In this document: piece after piece, positions 7,549 to 16,364 of the stretch | Numbering within the stretch: the first letter of the stretch is position 1 | How the letters are laid out: each line of letters starts with the position of its first letter | Sequence record: JPID01000014.1 | DNA length: 32,000 nucleotides | Reading direction: 5' to 3' (one strand) | Notes under the pieces: generated by a model | Told to the model about the DNA's origin: nothing | Databases searched by the model: none | Seen by the model: only the letters and a program-made list of their open reading frames with translations | Made by a program: the position numbers and the translations under genes

Positions 7549-7882
7549 GTCGTCGACTTCGTGCATTCGTATGAGTTCGTTGTCCTCGAACTGGAAGATG
7601 AGCAACATGACGAAATCCACGATACGTTCCCATAGCAATAAGACGACGAATAGCTTGTACGCGACGTCGATATGTGTCTTGACCTGTATGATAGTAGGTA
7701 GATACAAGTTGTTGCATGTGTTCCCAATCATGTTGGGAAATTTCACATACTCGCATTTGTGTTGAAAACCCCATTTCATCACAGATTTGAGATGCTTGAT
7801 ACATACCAATCCCAGGAATATCTTGAAGAGCTTGTGTGACCAAAACAGATGGAGATACATATCGTTGAAAAAGATATGCCAT
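7523..7882 (-). CDS. rps13: Ribosomal protein S13
   Basis: S13 pattern ALQDIPGIGMYQASQICDEMGF, YRGFRHVAHLPVRGQRTHTNARSRR. ATG at 7882. The track start at 7891 is a TTG. TGA stop at 7523-7525. Confidence 0.9.
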   Translation of the reverse strand: MAYLFQRYVSPSVLVTQALQDIPGIGMYQASQICDEMGFSTQMRVCEISQHDWEHMQQLVSTYYHTGQDTYRRRVQAIRRLIAMGTYRGFRHVAHLPVRGQRTHTNARSRRRSPRVTTT

Positions 7883-7891
7883 ACAAATCAA

Positions 7892-8431
7892 TTATTTTCG
7901 TTTGCCTGTTTTACGGCGATAGTGTACACCATGGGCATAGTAAATACCTTTAGATTGATAGGCTGACGGAGGTCGAAGATGGGTTAATGACGCTGCAATT
8001 TGTGTGATTTGGCCGCGATCAACACCAAACAGGACAATACATGTGGGATCGGGGGTATACACACGAATACCTTGAGGAAGACGATACATAATATCATGAC
8101 TGGTCCCCACTTTAAGATAGATATACTCATCACGAACTTGAGCTCGATATCCAATACCTCGAAGATAGAGCATAACACTATGGCCACGAGTAATACCATG
8201 GATAATACTTGCAAGACGTCCACGCCATAAACCTACCAGGGCCGGTGTTGTGCCAATAATTGTTAGAGCATGTTCTGTATAGTGCCATGCAATACAACCA
8301 TGGGGATCCATATGAGCAATGTCTAGGGTTAGAGACCCCAATGGCCCATGAAATGTCCAACCACCATGATGACTTTGAAATGTCACGTGGGATGGTAAAC
8401 ATAGGGTATATGTTGATGTTGTACGTGCCAT
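7892..8431 (-). CDS. rpl6: Ribosomal protein L6
   Basis: L6 pattern GIGYRAQV, VGTSHDIMYRLPQGIRVY, IVLFGVDRGQITQIAASL and PSAYQSKGIYYAHGVHYRRKTGK. ATG at 8431, TAA stop at 7892-7894. Confidence 0.88.
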   Translation of the reverse strand: MARTTSTYTLCLPSHVTFQSHHGGWTFHGPLGSLTLDIAHMDPHGCIAWHYTEHALTIIGTTPALVGLWRGRLASIIHGITRGHSVMLYLRGIGYRAQVRDEYIYLKVGTSHDIMYRLPQGIRVYTPDPTCIVLFGVDRGQITQIAASLTHLRPPSAYQSKGIYYAHGVHYRRKTGKRK

Positions 8432-8438
8432 GGATATA

Positions 8439-8972
8439 TTACATTTTTACAGGAATGGCAAGTCCACTCCACAAACATGCTGCCAATGCGGGAGATGTGG
8501 GAGAACATACAAAACTCATATCAAGGCCTTGAACACCAGGAATATATTCCCATAAATATTCCACTTCAGGGTACATAAAAACATCACGACATCCAATGCT
8601 CCAATGACCGAGAGTATTCATGGATGTCATAGAGAGACCTTGGTAATCTCGATGTCGAGTCCAAGCCATATGGACTACTTTATGCATAAAATTCCACATT
8701 ATGTCATGACGTAATGTAACACGGCATCCTAAAACTTGGTCTTGGCGAAGTCGAAATCCTGCCATTGCAGTACGAGCTCGGGTCCATTGAGGACATTGAC
8801 CAGTAATAGATGTCACCAGGGCACCACTCGCTACAACATGGTCTACTTGAGTTCCTGGTGTTGTATGCACATGAATACTTTGTGGGTAGGGTGTTGTATG
8901 AGGGGTATATGTATATCCTTTATACATCATATCCTGTGCCACAATAGTTGTATAATATGTTGCCGATGTCAT
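8439..8972 (-). CDS. rpl5: Ribosomal protein L5
   Basis: L5 pattern GQCPQWTRARTAMAGFRLRQDQVLGCRVTLRHDIMWNFMHKVV and RDYQGLSMTSMNTLGHWSIGCRDVFMYPEVEY. The first ATG is at 8972. The track start at 8996 is a TTG, which remains a possible alternative start. Confidence 0.88.
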   Translation of the reverse strand: MTSATYYTTIVAQDMMYKGYTYTPHTTPYPQSIHVHTTPGTQVDHVVASGALVTSITGQCPQWTRARTAMAGFRLRQDQVLGCRVTLRHDIMWNFMHKVVHMAWTRHRDYQGLSMTSMNTLGHWSIGCRDVFMYPEVEYLWEYIPGVQGLDMSFVCSPTSPALAACLWSGLAIPVKM

Positions 8973-9066
8973 CCTTGATGTTTTTTTGTCCAACAATATG
9001 AGAGATGCTATGTCGCTCTATATGAGATGCACACCAGATCTATAGTCCAGTCTCTCCACATATCAT

Positions 9067-9138
9067 GTCCCCTTCGTCTAGTGGTTAGGACACTGCCTTT
9101 TCAAGGCAGGAACACGGGTTCAAACCCCGTAGGGGATA
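9067..9138 (+). tRNA. trnE: tRNA-Glu(UUC)
   Basis: Acceptor GTCCCCT/AGGGGAT. Anticodon stem CTGCC/GGCAG, loop TT-TTC-AA. T arm ACGGG/CCCGT. Confidence 0.92.
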
Positions 9139-9195
9139 CAAGACCATATAGATCCTTGTCGTATGGTCGATGCCCTGATTTAGACTCAAAGATAG

Positions 9196-9432
<237 letters not shown>

Positions 9433-9476
9433 TGATATCAACAGAGATGCTATGCGTATCGTAGACGTATAGCATT

Positions 9477-9531
9477 GTCTCTAGAGATCTAGTCTCTAGA
9501 GATCTAGTCTCTAGAGATCTAGTCTCTAGAG
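9477..9531. repeat. Tandem repeat, 15-bp unit GTCTCTAGAGATCTA x3.7, internally palindromic
   Basis: Units at 9477-9491, 9492-9506 and 9507-9521, with a partial unit at 9522-9531. Each unit holds the 10-nt palindrome TCTCTAGAGA and the palindrome AGATCT. The array lies between atp9 and rrn5. Confidence 0.95.
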
Positions 9532-9538
9532 TATGTTC

Positions 9539-9651
9539 AAGGGATTTTCTGAGATAGAGTGTGCTACACCCGAACCCAACTGACTTCGATATGTGACCCC
9601 ACTCTATACTATATGTACTGCATCCCGCGGGAGACGTAGGTAAAGTCCCTT
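9539..9651 (+). rRNA. rrn5: 5S ribosomal RNA (mitochondrial)
   Basis: Terminal helix AAGGGATTTT (9539-9548) pairs with AAAGTCCCTT (9642-9651). The internal blocks CACCCGAACCCAACTGACTTCGATATGTG, ATATGTACTG and GGGAGACGTAGGTAAAG match the mitochondrial and eubacterial 5S consensus as I recall it (CACCYGAxCCCAxxxCGAxCTCGA..., GAGAGTAGG). Confidence 0.75.
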
Positions 9652-9658
9652 GACATAT

Positions 9659-9731
9659 GGCGGAATAGTTCAATTGGTAGAACATTGGAGTCATAATCCA
9701 CAGGTTGGGGGTTCAAGTCCCTCTTTCGCTA
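9659..9731 (+). tRNA. trnM: tRNA with CAU anticodon (elongator Met or lysidine-modified Ile)
   Basis: Acceptor GGCGGAA/TTTCGCT (two G:U pairs). D arm GTTC/GAAC. Anticodon stem TTGGA/TCCAC, loop GT-CAT-AA. T arm GGGGG/CCCTC. It is followed by a genomic CCA at 9732-9734. Confidence 0.8.
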
Positions 9732-11358
9732 CCACGACACATATGAGAGGGCATATCGTGGATGCCTTGACATATTGCATGGGACGTACTCGACAACGAA
9801 ACGCCATGGCGAGCTGTCATGATGCTGAGACCCATGGATTTCCCTGGAGAAAACTCCATTGATTTACATACACCCAGCCAACTGAAACATCTAAGTAGCT
9901 GGAGGAAAAGACATCAACCGAGATTTCGTTAGTAGTGGTGAGCGAACGCGAAATAGGCCCTGTATACACATTATCCATAGAATGTGGACTAAATAGGTGG
10001 AATCCTATACCAAAGAGGGTGAGAGTCCCGTTGTTCATACATGAAACATTGGTATACAGTATATGAGTACCACGAACATCCGAGTTTGTGGGAATATAGG
10101 GGGACCACCCTCTAAGCCTAAATATTGCAATATGATCGATAGTATAGAGTACCGTGAGGGAAAGGTGAAAAAGTACCCCGAAAGGGGAGTGAAATAGATC
10201 CTGAAACGGTGTGCCTACAAGCAGTCGAAGCCCGCTATGTGTAGTGGGTGACGGCGTACCTTTTGCATAATGGGTCAGCGAGTAGATAGAGCGTGCACGC
10301 TTAAGCCAGTAGGTGGAGGCCTAGTCAACGCGAGTTGTCACACAACATAGACATGTACGTTCTATCTGACCCGAAACCAGGTGATCTCGTTATGTGCCGG
10401 TGGAAGATCTACTATCCTAGATCAGAGGACCTCACTCACGTCTGTGGCAATAGACGGAGATGACATGTGACGAGGGGTGAAAAGCCAATCGAACCTGGAA
10501 ATAGCTGGTTTTCTGCGAAATCTATTGAGGTAGAGCCCATTGTACGATGTATGGGGGGTAGAGCACTTTTTGGTGACAGGTGGCCCAAAGCTTGACTGTC
10601 TCCAGGAAAACTCCAAATACCCATACCATCATCAATGGAGACAGACACAGGGTGCAAAGGTCCTGTGTCGAGAGGGAAACAGCCCAGACCGAACGCTAAG
10701 GTTCCCAAACCATATCTGAGTGGGAAAGGAAGTTTTCACGCTTTGACAACCAGGAAGTAGGCTTGGAAGCAGCCACCTTATGATGATAGCGTAATAGCTC
10801 ACTGGTCGATGCGTGAAAGCGCCAACAATGTCACGGAGCTCAAGATATGTACCGACGCGGCGGCTTATAGTCATGTATACCACAGTGTGGTATATCCATA
10901 GAAACTATAAGGGTAGCAGAACGTTCTGTATATTGTATGAAGGGGGTATGTGAATACCCCTGGAGATTTCAGAAGTGAGAATGCTGACATGAGTAACGAC
11001 ATATCCTGTGAAAACCAGGATCGCCGAAAATTCCAGGGTTTCTACAGTACGGTATACGGTGTAGAGTCAATCGGCCCCTAAGGCAGCCGGTGAACACCGT
11101 GGGCTGATGGGTAGTATGCACTATGTGACGACATCGGGATGTCTAGATACTGTTTGTGGAACTCAATATCTAGACAGACCATGTCCAGGAAATAGCATAG
11201 TGCCATGCATATAACCGTACCCCAAACCAACACAGGTGAATTGGTGTAAGTGCACTCAGGCGATGAGATACGTATATTGAAGGAACTCGGCAAATTGCCT
11301 CCGTACCTTTGGAATATGGAGGACCATGCATATGCATGGTGGCACAGTATAGGGGGTA

Positions 11359-11389
<31 letters not shown>

Positions 11390-11405
11390 CAAGTGGTAAC
11401 ACGAC

Positions 11406-11436
<31 letters not shown>

Positions 11437-11697
11437 TACCGAACAGGACAGGTTCACGCTTGAAATCGAAGGTCCAGTAAACGGCGGCCGTAACTCTGAC
11501 GGTCCTAAGGTATCGTGTGATGTTCACAGATCAACGCAAGCCTTAGTAAAACCAAACTATATGCTGGAAACTCCTCCAAAACTTTTCAATACTCATATCA
11601 GTATGATATAGTAAAAATTTGAAAGACATGGGGACAATCAGCAGGAAAGACGTATAGAATCTATACGAATCCCCAGAGACGATACGTTTGGAAACAT

Positions 11698-12132
11698 ATG
11701 ACAATACAACTACAAACACAATGGATTGTAGGTTTTGTGGATGGTGAAGGATGTTTTCATATTGGTATTTCAAAACATCCAGAATGTACCCTTGGATATC
11801 AAGTACTTCCAGAATTTACTGTGGTACAACATGCTCAAGATGTACAAGTTCTCTATGCTCTGAAACATTTTTTTGGGTGTGGTGTTGTACGTCAACACGG
11901 TGCTACAACATGGTGCTATCGTGTTCGTCAACGAACACATTTAGAGACCATGATTGTACCATTTTTTGAAAAGCATACGCTCAAGACAAAAAAACGTCTT
12001 GATTTTATTCAATTTCGAAAAGTACTCATCTGGATGCATCGAGGAGACCATTTAACATCAGCAGGTTTAGCACGTATTCGTGAGACTCAACGTCGTATGA
12101 ATACACGAGCACCTGTACTACATCGCTACTAA
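11698..12132 (+). CDS. LAGLIDADG homing endonuclease, single-motif (homodimer) type, intron-encoded
   Basis: 144 aa, ATG at 11698. One motif, WIVGFVDGEGCFHIGISK. Its size and layout match single-motif enzymes of the I-CreI/I-CeuI class. Confidence 0.85.
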   Translation: MTIQLQTQWIVGFVDGEGCFHIGISKHPECTLGYQVLPEFTVVQHAQDVQVLYALKHFFGCGVVRQHGATTWCYRVRQRTHLETMIVPFFEKHTLKTKKRLDFIQFRKVLIWMHRGDHLTSAGLARIRETQRRMNTRAPVLHRY

Positions 12133-12171
12133 TTCACGTGGAGTAATTCACGTGGAGTAATTCACGTGGGG
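12130..12171. repeat. Tandem repeat, 14-bp unit TAATTCACGTGGAG x3, inside intron 1
   Basis: Units at 12130-12143, 12144-12157 and 12158-12171 (the last has one change). The first unit begins with the TAA stop of the intron ORF. Confidence 0.93.
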
Positions 12172-12530
12172 CGTAGCACGTCTATGTTTAAGATAGAGTC
12201 CACCTCTGTATGAAAATACAGGGAGTATGTGAGCGAAATTCCTTGTCGGGTAAGTTCCGACGTGCATGAATGGTGTCACGACTGCCCCGCTGTCTCCAAT
12301 ATACACTCAGTGAAATTGAATTCTCCGTGCAGATGCGGAGTCCCCAAAAGTAGACGGTAAGACCCTATGCACCTTTACTGCAATGTATTATTGATACTGG
12401 ATACACGTTGTGTAGCATAGGTGGGAGCCTTATGGCACTCTTGAAATACCACCCTGCGTGTCTCTTGTATCTCACCTACATATCTGTAGGAAACGTGATA
12501 CATGGGTAGTTTAACTGGGGCGGTTGCTTT

Positions 12531-13609
12531 ATACGGAGCCCACGTATGGTAACATACGTGTGATACATTCGGCTATATGCTGGAACGTCTGTTCATCCAT
12601 ACTAGAAAAACCCCACAAGACGCGCGTTACATTTTCTAGATATGAGATGGTGATACATACTCAAGAAAGAGTCTAAAGAATCTCTACAACTCCGCCCGAA
12701 ACATATATGTCTCCTATGGAGCAGACAGTAGTAGAGTGCAGATAATCAGCAGGAAACCAAAGTACACTTTGGTGTATGAGTAGGATCCTCAACGACTACA
12801 CGCCGAACATCCTATAGAACATCATGACATATCTCTATGTGTATCCACGAGAGAGCGTGCATGCATGTTTTTAGGATGATGATATAGTCTGAACTACCAG
12901 GCGACTGGTAGAGTCTATGGTGGTGTGATACAACACACTGTAGACCTTATGGTGGGTACACATTGTTGAGTGTGTTTCGAAAACGTCTATAGAAACAATA
13001 TCCCTATCACAATATCAACAAGATGTTCTTTATGGTTCTCTTTTAGGAGATGGACATCTTGAAGCATATCATGGTCGGACATCAACGTCCTACCGATATA
13101 TTCTTGTTCAATCCACGCGAAAATCAATCTATATACGTTGGATGCAGAGTGTGTTTGCACCCTATATCACGCATGCATTGTATGTACGATATTGTCCCAC
13201 ACAACAAGGATACACAAGTACATATCGACTTTGTACACGACGTCATATTGATTTTCAACCCGTTGGGCATCTCTGGTATCCCCATGGCACAAAATGTGTT
13301 CCACGTACAGCGCATATATGGTTAACGCCTCGTGCATTGGCCGTATGGTATATGGAAGATGGAAGTATAAAATCCAAGATATCCAAAGGAGTGTATCTGA
13401 ATACACATGGATTTACACGAGATGATAGTGAGTATCTGTGTGATGTATTGAACACACGCTATAGAATTCAATGTTGGCCAGTTCCAGATCGACATCAGTA
13501 TCGTATCTATGTCTCTGGACATAGTTATACGTGTCTATCTCGTTTGATTGTACCGTATTTCACATCAGATATGATGTATAAATGGCCACCACCACGAGTA
13601 ACATCATTG
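12531..13609 (+). mobile_element. Group I intron in rnl, inserted after the equivalent of E. coli U2262
   Basis: It interrupts ACTGGGGCGGTTGCTTT|CCTAAAGAGTAACGG. The 5' exon ends in U and the intron ends in G. Core elements: Q AATCAGCAGG (12744-12753), R CCTCAACGACTACA (12787-12800) and S GATATAGTCTGAAC (12881-12894). The ORF lies 3' of the core. Confidence 0.85.
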
Positions 13610-13621
13610 CCTAAAGAGTAA
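12944..13621 (+). CDS. LAGLIDADG homing endonuclease, double-motif, intron-encoded; no canonical start, and the stop lies in the downstream exon
   Basis: The frame is open from 12944, just after TAG 12941-12943. Motif 1 is QQDVLYGSLLGDGHLE (about 13013-13060) and motif 2 is ALAVWYMEDGS. The first ATG in frame is at 13142, downstream of motif 1. The TAA at 13619-13621 lies 12 nt into the exon. Confidence 0.8.
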   Translation, partial: TLWWVHIVECVSKTSIETISLSQYQQDVLYGSLLGDGHLEAYHGRTSTSYRYILVQSTRKSIYIRWMQSVFAPYITHALYVRYCPTQQGYTSTYRLCTRRHIDFQPVGHLWYPHGTKCVPRTAHIWLTPRALAVWYMEDGSIKSKISKGVYLNTHGFTRDDSEYLCDVLNTRYRIQCWPVPDRHQYRIYVSGHSYTCLSRLIVPYFTSDMMYKWPPPRVTSLPKE

Positions 13622-13851
13622 CGGAAGCGTGCAAAGGTAAGTTCACATGGGACGGAAACCCATGGTAGAGCGTAATGGTATATGCTTGCCTGACTGCAAG
13701 ACTTACAGGTCGAGCAGAGACGAAAGTCGGCCATAGTGACCCGGGAGTACCACGTGGATGGGCTCTCGAGTAACGGATCAAAGGTACGCTAGGGATAACA
13801 GGCTGATGACTCCCAAGAGCTCCTATCGACGGAGTCGTTTGGCACCTCGAT

Positions 13852-14867
13852 AAGCGATAGTCGAGGATAAAGTGGGTGAATTGTCAAGAATCTCTCCGTC
13901 CATACTGGTCTATTCAAAAACCAGCGTGTGGTTGTGACCACACGACTATGATGGACTGAGACAACTTGCAGCGAAGTTTTATAGGACTGTATCCCATGTC
14001 ATACATACATGATGATAATCTATAAAAAACGTTCAACGACTAGAGGGTGAGTTCAGTCAACAATACTCCCTCCACGAGCGCCCACCAAAGATATCGTACC
14101 TATGACATATACATCACGAGCATGGATTCGACATGGATATCATCTTAATAGTCGGTATTGGCAACAATGGAAATTACAGCGTCCACCACTTGCACCATAT
14201 CTTCAACACTGTCTGTTGGGGATATGTTTAGGAGATGCGCATGTATTTCGCTCAAGCCGACATGCAGCGTTGAAATTCCAGCAAGGCGCTCATCAGTATG
14301 AATTTATTCAATATCTTTTTATACTATTTCAACAATGGAGATGGATGCCTACTCTTGGTATTCGATATACATCTACAGGTGATATCAAGAGTTACTGGTT
14401 TAAAACCTTTTCACATCCCGAATTTACACCCTACTACACTGCTCTCTATCCAGTAGGACATACATCACGACAGATTCCCACGATGTGTTTACACCGTCTT
14501 GGGCTGTCACCTATTGTGCTTGCCTATTGGATTATATGCGATGGTGGTTTACATCGGGATGGACGAACACTCACGCTTCATACACAATGTTGGACATATA
14601 CACAGCAACAGGAGTTGGTATCCTTGTTTTATACATTTTATGGATGGCACGTCCAGTGTCGACGTCATAAAAATAAGTATTGGGTCTTAGAAATCCCAGC
14701 TCCATATAGTGATGCGTGTGCTCGGTATATTAGTCCGTGGATACTACCATCTTTTGCCTATAAAGTACCACGAGAGACATCTACACGATATCTTTGATGA
14801 CATAGTCTGAACTTCAAGGTGACTTGAAGAAGTATAGGATAAAGAGCCTATACGATAACATATATTG
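13852..14867 (+). mobile_element. Group I intron in rnl, inserted after the equivalent of E. coli U2504
   Basis: It interrupts TTGGCACCTCGAT|GTCGACTCATC in the peptidyl-transferase loop. The 5' exon ends in U and the intron ends in G. Core elements: R GTTCAACGACTAGA (14031-14044) and S GATGACATAGTCTGAAC (14795-14811). The ORF lies between R and S. Confidence 0.88.
14102..14797 (+). CDS. LAGLIDADG homing endonuclease, double-motif, intron-encoded
   Basis: 231 aa, ATG at 14102. Motif 1 is CLLGICLGDAHVFRS and motif 2 is LAYWIICDGGLHRDG. The TGA stop abuts the S element. Confidence 0.85.
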   Translation: MTYTSRAWIRHGYHLNSRYWQQWKLQRPPLAPYLQHCLLGICLGDAHVFRSSRHAALKFQQGAHQYEFIQYLFILFQQWRWMPTLGIRYTSTGDIKSYWFKTFSHPEFTPYYTALYPVGHTSRQIPTMCLHRLGLSPIVLAYWIICDGGLHRDGRTLTLHTQCWTYTQQQELVSLFYTFYGWHVQCRRHKNKYWVLEIPAPYSDACARYISPWILPSFAYKVPRETSTRYL

Positions 14868-15232
14868 GTCGACTCATCGCATCCTCGAGCTGAAGAAGGT
14901 TCGAAGGGTTCGGCTGTTCGCCGATGAAAGCGGTACGTGAGTTGGGTTTAATACGTCGTAAGACAGTATGGATCCTATCTCTTTTGGGTGTATACAACTG
15001 CGGAGGGCGTGTTCTTGTACGAGAGGACCGACCACGACAAACCTCTGATGGACCAGTTGTCTCGCCAGAGGCACAGCTGGGTAGTTACGTTTGGGAGCAA
15101 CAACTGCTGAAAGCATCTCAAGCAGGCAATCTCTCTCCAAAACATGTTGTATCAATCGTAGAAGACGACTACGGAATAGGTAGAATGTCGAAGCATAGTA
15201 ATATGTGTGCATATCTATACTAATATACTGTG

Positions 15233-15254
15233 ATAGACTCCTTTTGGAGTCTAT
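15233..15254. other. Perfect hairpin (9-bp stem ATAGACTCC/GGAGTCTAT, TTTT loop) at the rnl 3' end
   Basis: The inverted repeat was read directly. It overlaps or immediately follows the last conserved rnl nucleotides. Confidence 0.65.
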
Positions 15255-15458
15255 TCACATAGATGTACTGTATAGAGATATAGTATACAATCTATTGATA
15301 TAGAGAACCATGATATATCTTGTTTCAAGTAGTCTCTAGGTGTATGGTATTTTGTTTCATACAAAAATATCGTACACATACAGACTACATACAACACCAT
15401 AGAATGTGTCTAGACGTTGTACATATGTATAGATGTAAAAAAAAAATTCGTGTTTGAT

Positions 15459-16364
15459 ATGGGACAAAAAGCACATCCAATTGCGCTTCGTCAAGCTAGT
15501 AAGTATCGACATCAAGATACTGTATGGTATAGTCGACGATATCGTCAACAATTGGCCGCTCGTGATATGGCATATATGGAGTATATGCAGACGTTACGTG
15601 CTCAACAACAGTTGCCAACACCACGACTTGCTATTCAACATGGTCCAACTGGAACATATATGTATGGTTTTATCTGTACACCTCATACAAATCGTGAACA
15701 CATGGCAACATTATGTTATACGCCATATTCATCACCGATGTCAGTATCCAATCTACCTATCTCTATGTGGGGGTATCGAGACGTATGTATGCCTTGCCAC
15801 ACATCAGGATATATGCCACCGATGTTGGGTGTGTCTGAGAATACGCTACAACAATGGACTGCATCGCGTGTTGTAGGTTTGTATCCTATGGAACATCTTT
15901 TAGCACATCTTGTGGACTCTTCTCTATCATTGCCATGTCATACATCAGAATTTCGTGTATCTCAATGGATTGTTGATCATATGGGAAATCATATGGAACG
16001 TAGTTTTCAAGCACCTGTGCATTGGATGCCCATTGGTGTGACACACATGTGGCATGATGCAGGATTTGTTGCTGATGAAATTGTCTGGTTTTTAGAACGT
16101 CGTGTGGGATTTCGTCGTATTAAACAAGCACTTGCTCGACTGGTGGAATCAATGCCTTCTATTCAAGGTGTTCGTGTAGCTGTATCAGGTCGTGTTGGTG
16201 GTCGTTCTAAAAAATCTCAGCGAGCTCGATGTGATGTCTGGAAATATGGAGCAACACCACTTCATGTATTTTCACAACGTATTGACTATGCCCAACGAAT
16301 TGCTCGAACACATCTTGGAACGTCTGGTGTTTCCGTGTGGCTGGTGTCGCGTGAATCCCGATAA
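15459..16364 (+). CDS. rps3: Ribosomal protein S3 (expanded mitochondrial form)
   Basis: N-terminus MGQKAHPIALR. C-terminal domain GVRVAVSGRVGGRSKKSQRARCDVWKYGATPLHVFSQRIDYAQRIARTHLGTSGVSVWL. The middle is long and non-conserved. The track start at 15417 is a TTG; the ATG is at 15459. Confidence 0.88.
   Translation: MGQKAHPIALRQASKYRHQDTVWYSRRYRQQLAARDMAYMEYMQTLRAQQQLPTPRLAIQHGPTGTYMYGFICTPHTNREHMATLCYTPYSSPMSVSNLPISMWGYRDVCMPCHTSGYMPPMLGVSENTLQQWTASRVVGLYPMEHLLAHLVDSSLSLPCHTSEFRVSQWIVDHMGNHMERSFQAPVHWMPIGVTHMWHDAGFVADEIVWFLERRVGFRRIKQALARLVESMPSIQGVRVAVSGRVGGRSKKSQRARCDVWKYGATPLHVFSQRIDYAQRIARTHLGTSGVSVWLVSRESR

Larger units (their letters stand above)
11512..12231 (+). mobile_element. Group I intron in rnl, inserted after the equivalent of E. 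coli U1931
   Basis: It interrupts GGTCCTAAGGT|AGCGAAATTCC. The 5' exon ends in U and the intron ends in G. Group I core elements are present: Q-like AATCAGCAGG (11636-11645), R-like CAGAGACGATAC (about 11675) and S-like AAGATAGAGTCC (12190-12201). The ORF lies between R and S. Confidence 0.88.

Noticed and set aside
7444-7860. 138-aa minus-strand ORF with the repeated peptide VVHVLQQRD, overlapping rps13
   Set aside because: It is an alternative frame of rps13 plus read-through of the 27-bp tandem array. The conserved S13 frame explains the region.
9001-9013. 12-nt match AGAGATGCTATG shared by the rpl5-trnE spacer (9001-9012) and the atp9 3' flank (9442-9453)
   Set aside because: It is too short to distinguish from chance in this composition, and the two copies share no consistent positional logic.
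9477-9531. The tandem arrays (1205-1288, 7468-7548, 9477-9531, 12130-12171, 31881-32000) as CRISPR arrays
   Set aside because: The units are directly adjacent with no unique spacers. They are only 14-27 bp long, and there are no cas genes. These are microsatellite or minisatellite-type tandem repeats.
9732-9734. A genomically encoded CCA after the second CAU tRNA, as a sign of bacterial-type tRNA genes
   Set aside because: Only 1 of the 22 tRNAs has it. The chance expectation is 1/64 per gene, about 0.3 over 22 genes, so it is not meaningful.
13050-13325. ATG-initiated 91-aa ORF inside rnl intron 2, as a possible start of the endonuclease gene
   Set aside because: It is in a different frame from the LAGLIDADG motifs and has no recognisable similarity. 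The motif-bearing frame (12944-13621) is the real coding frame.
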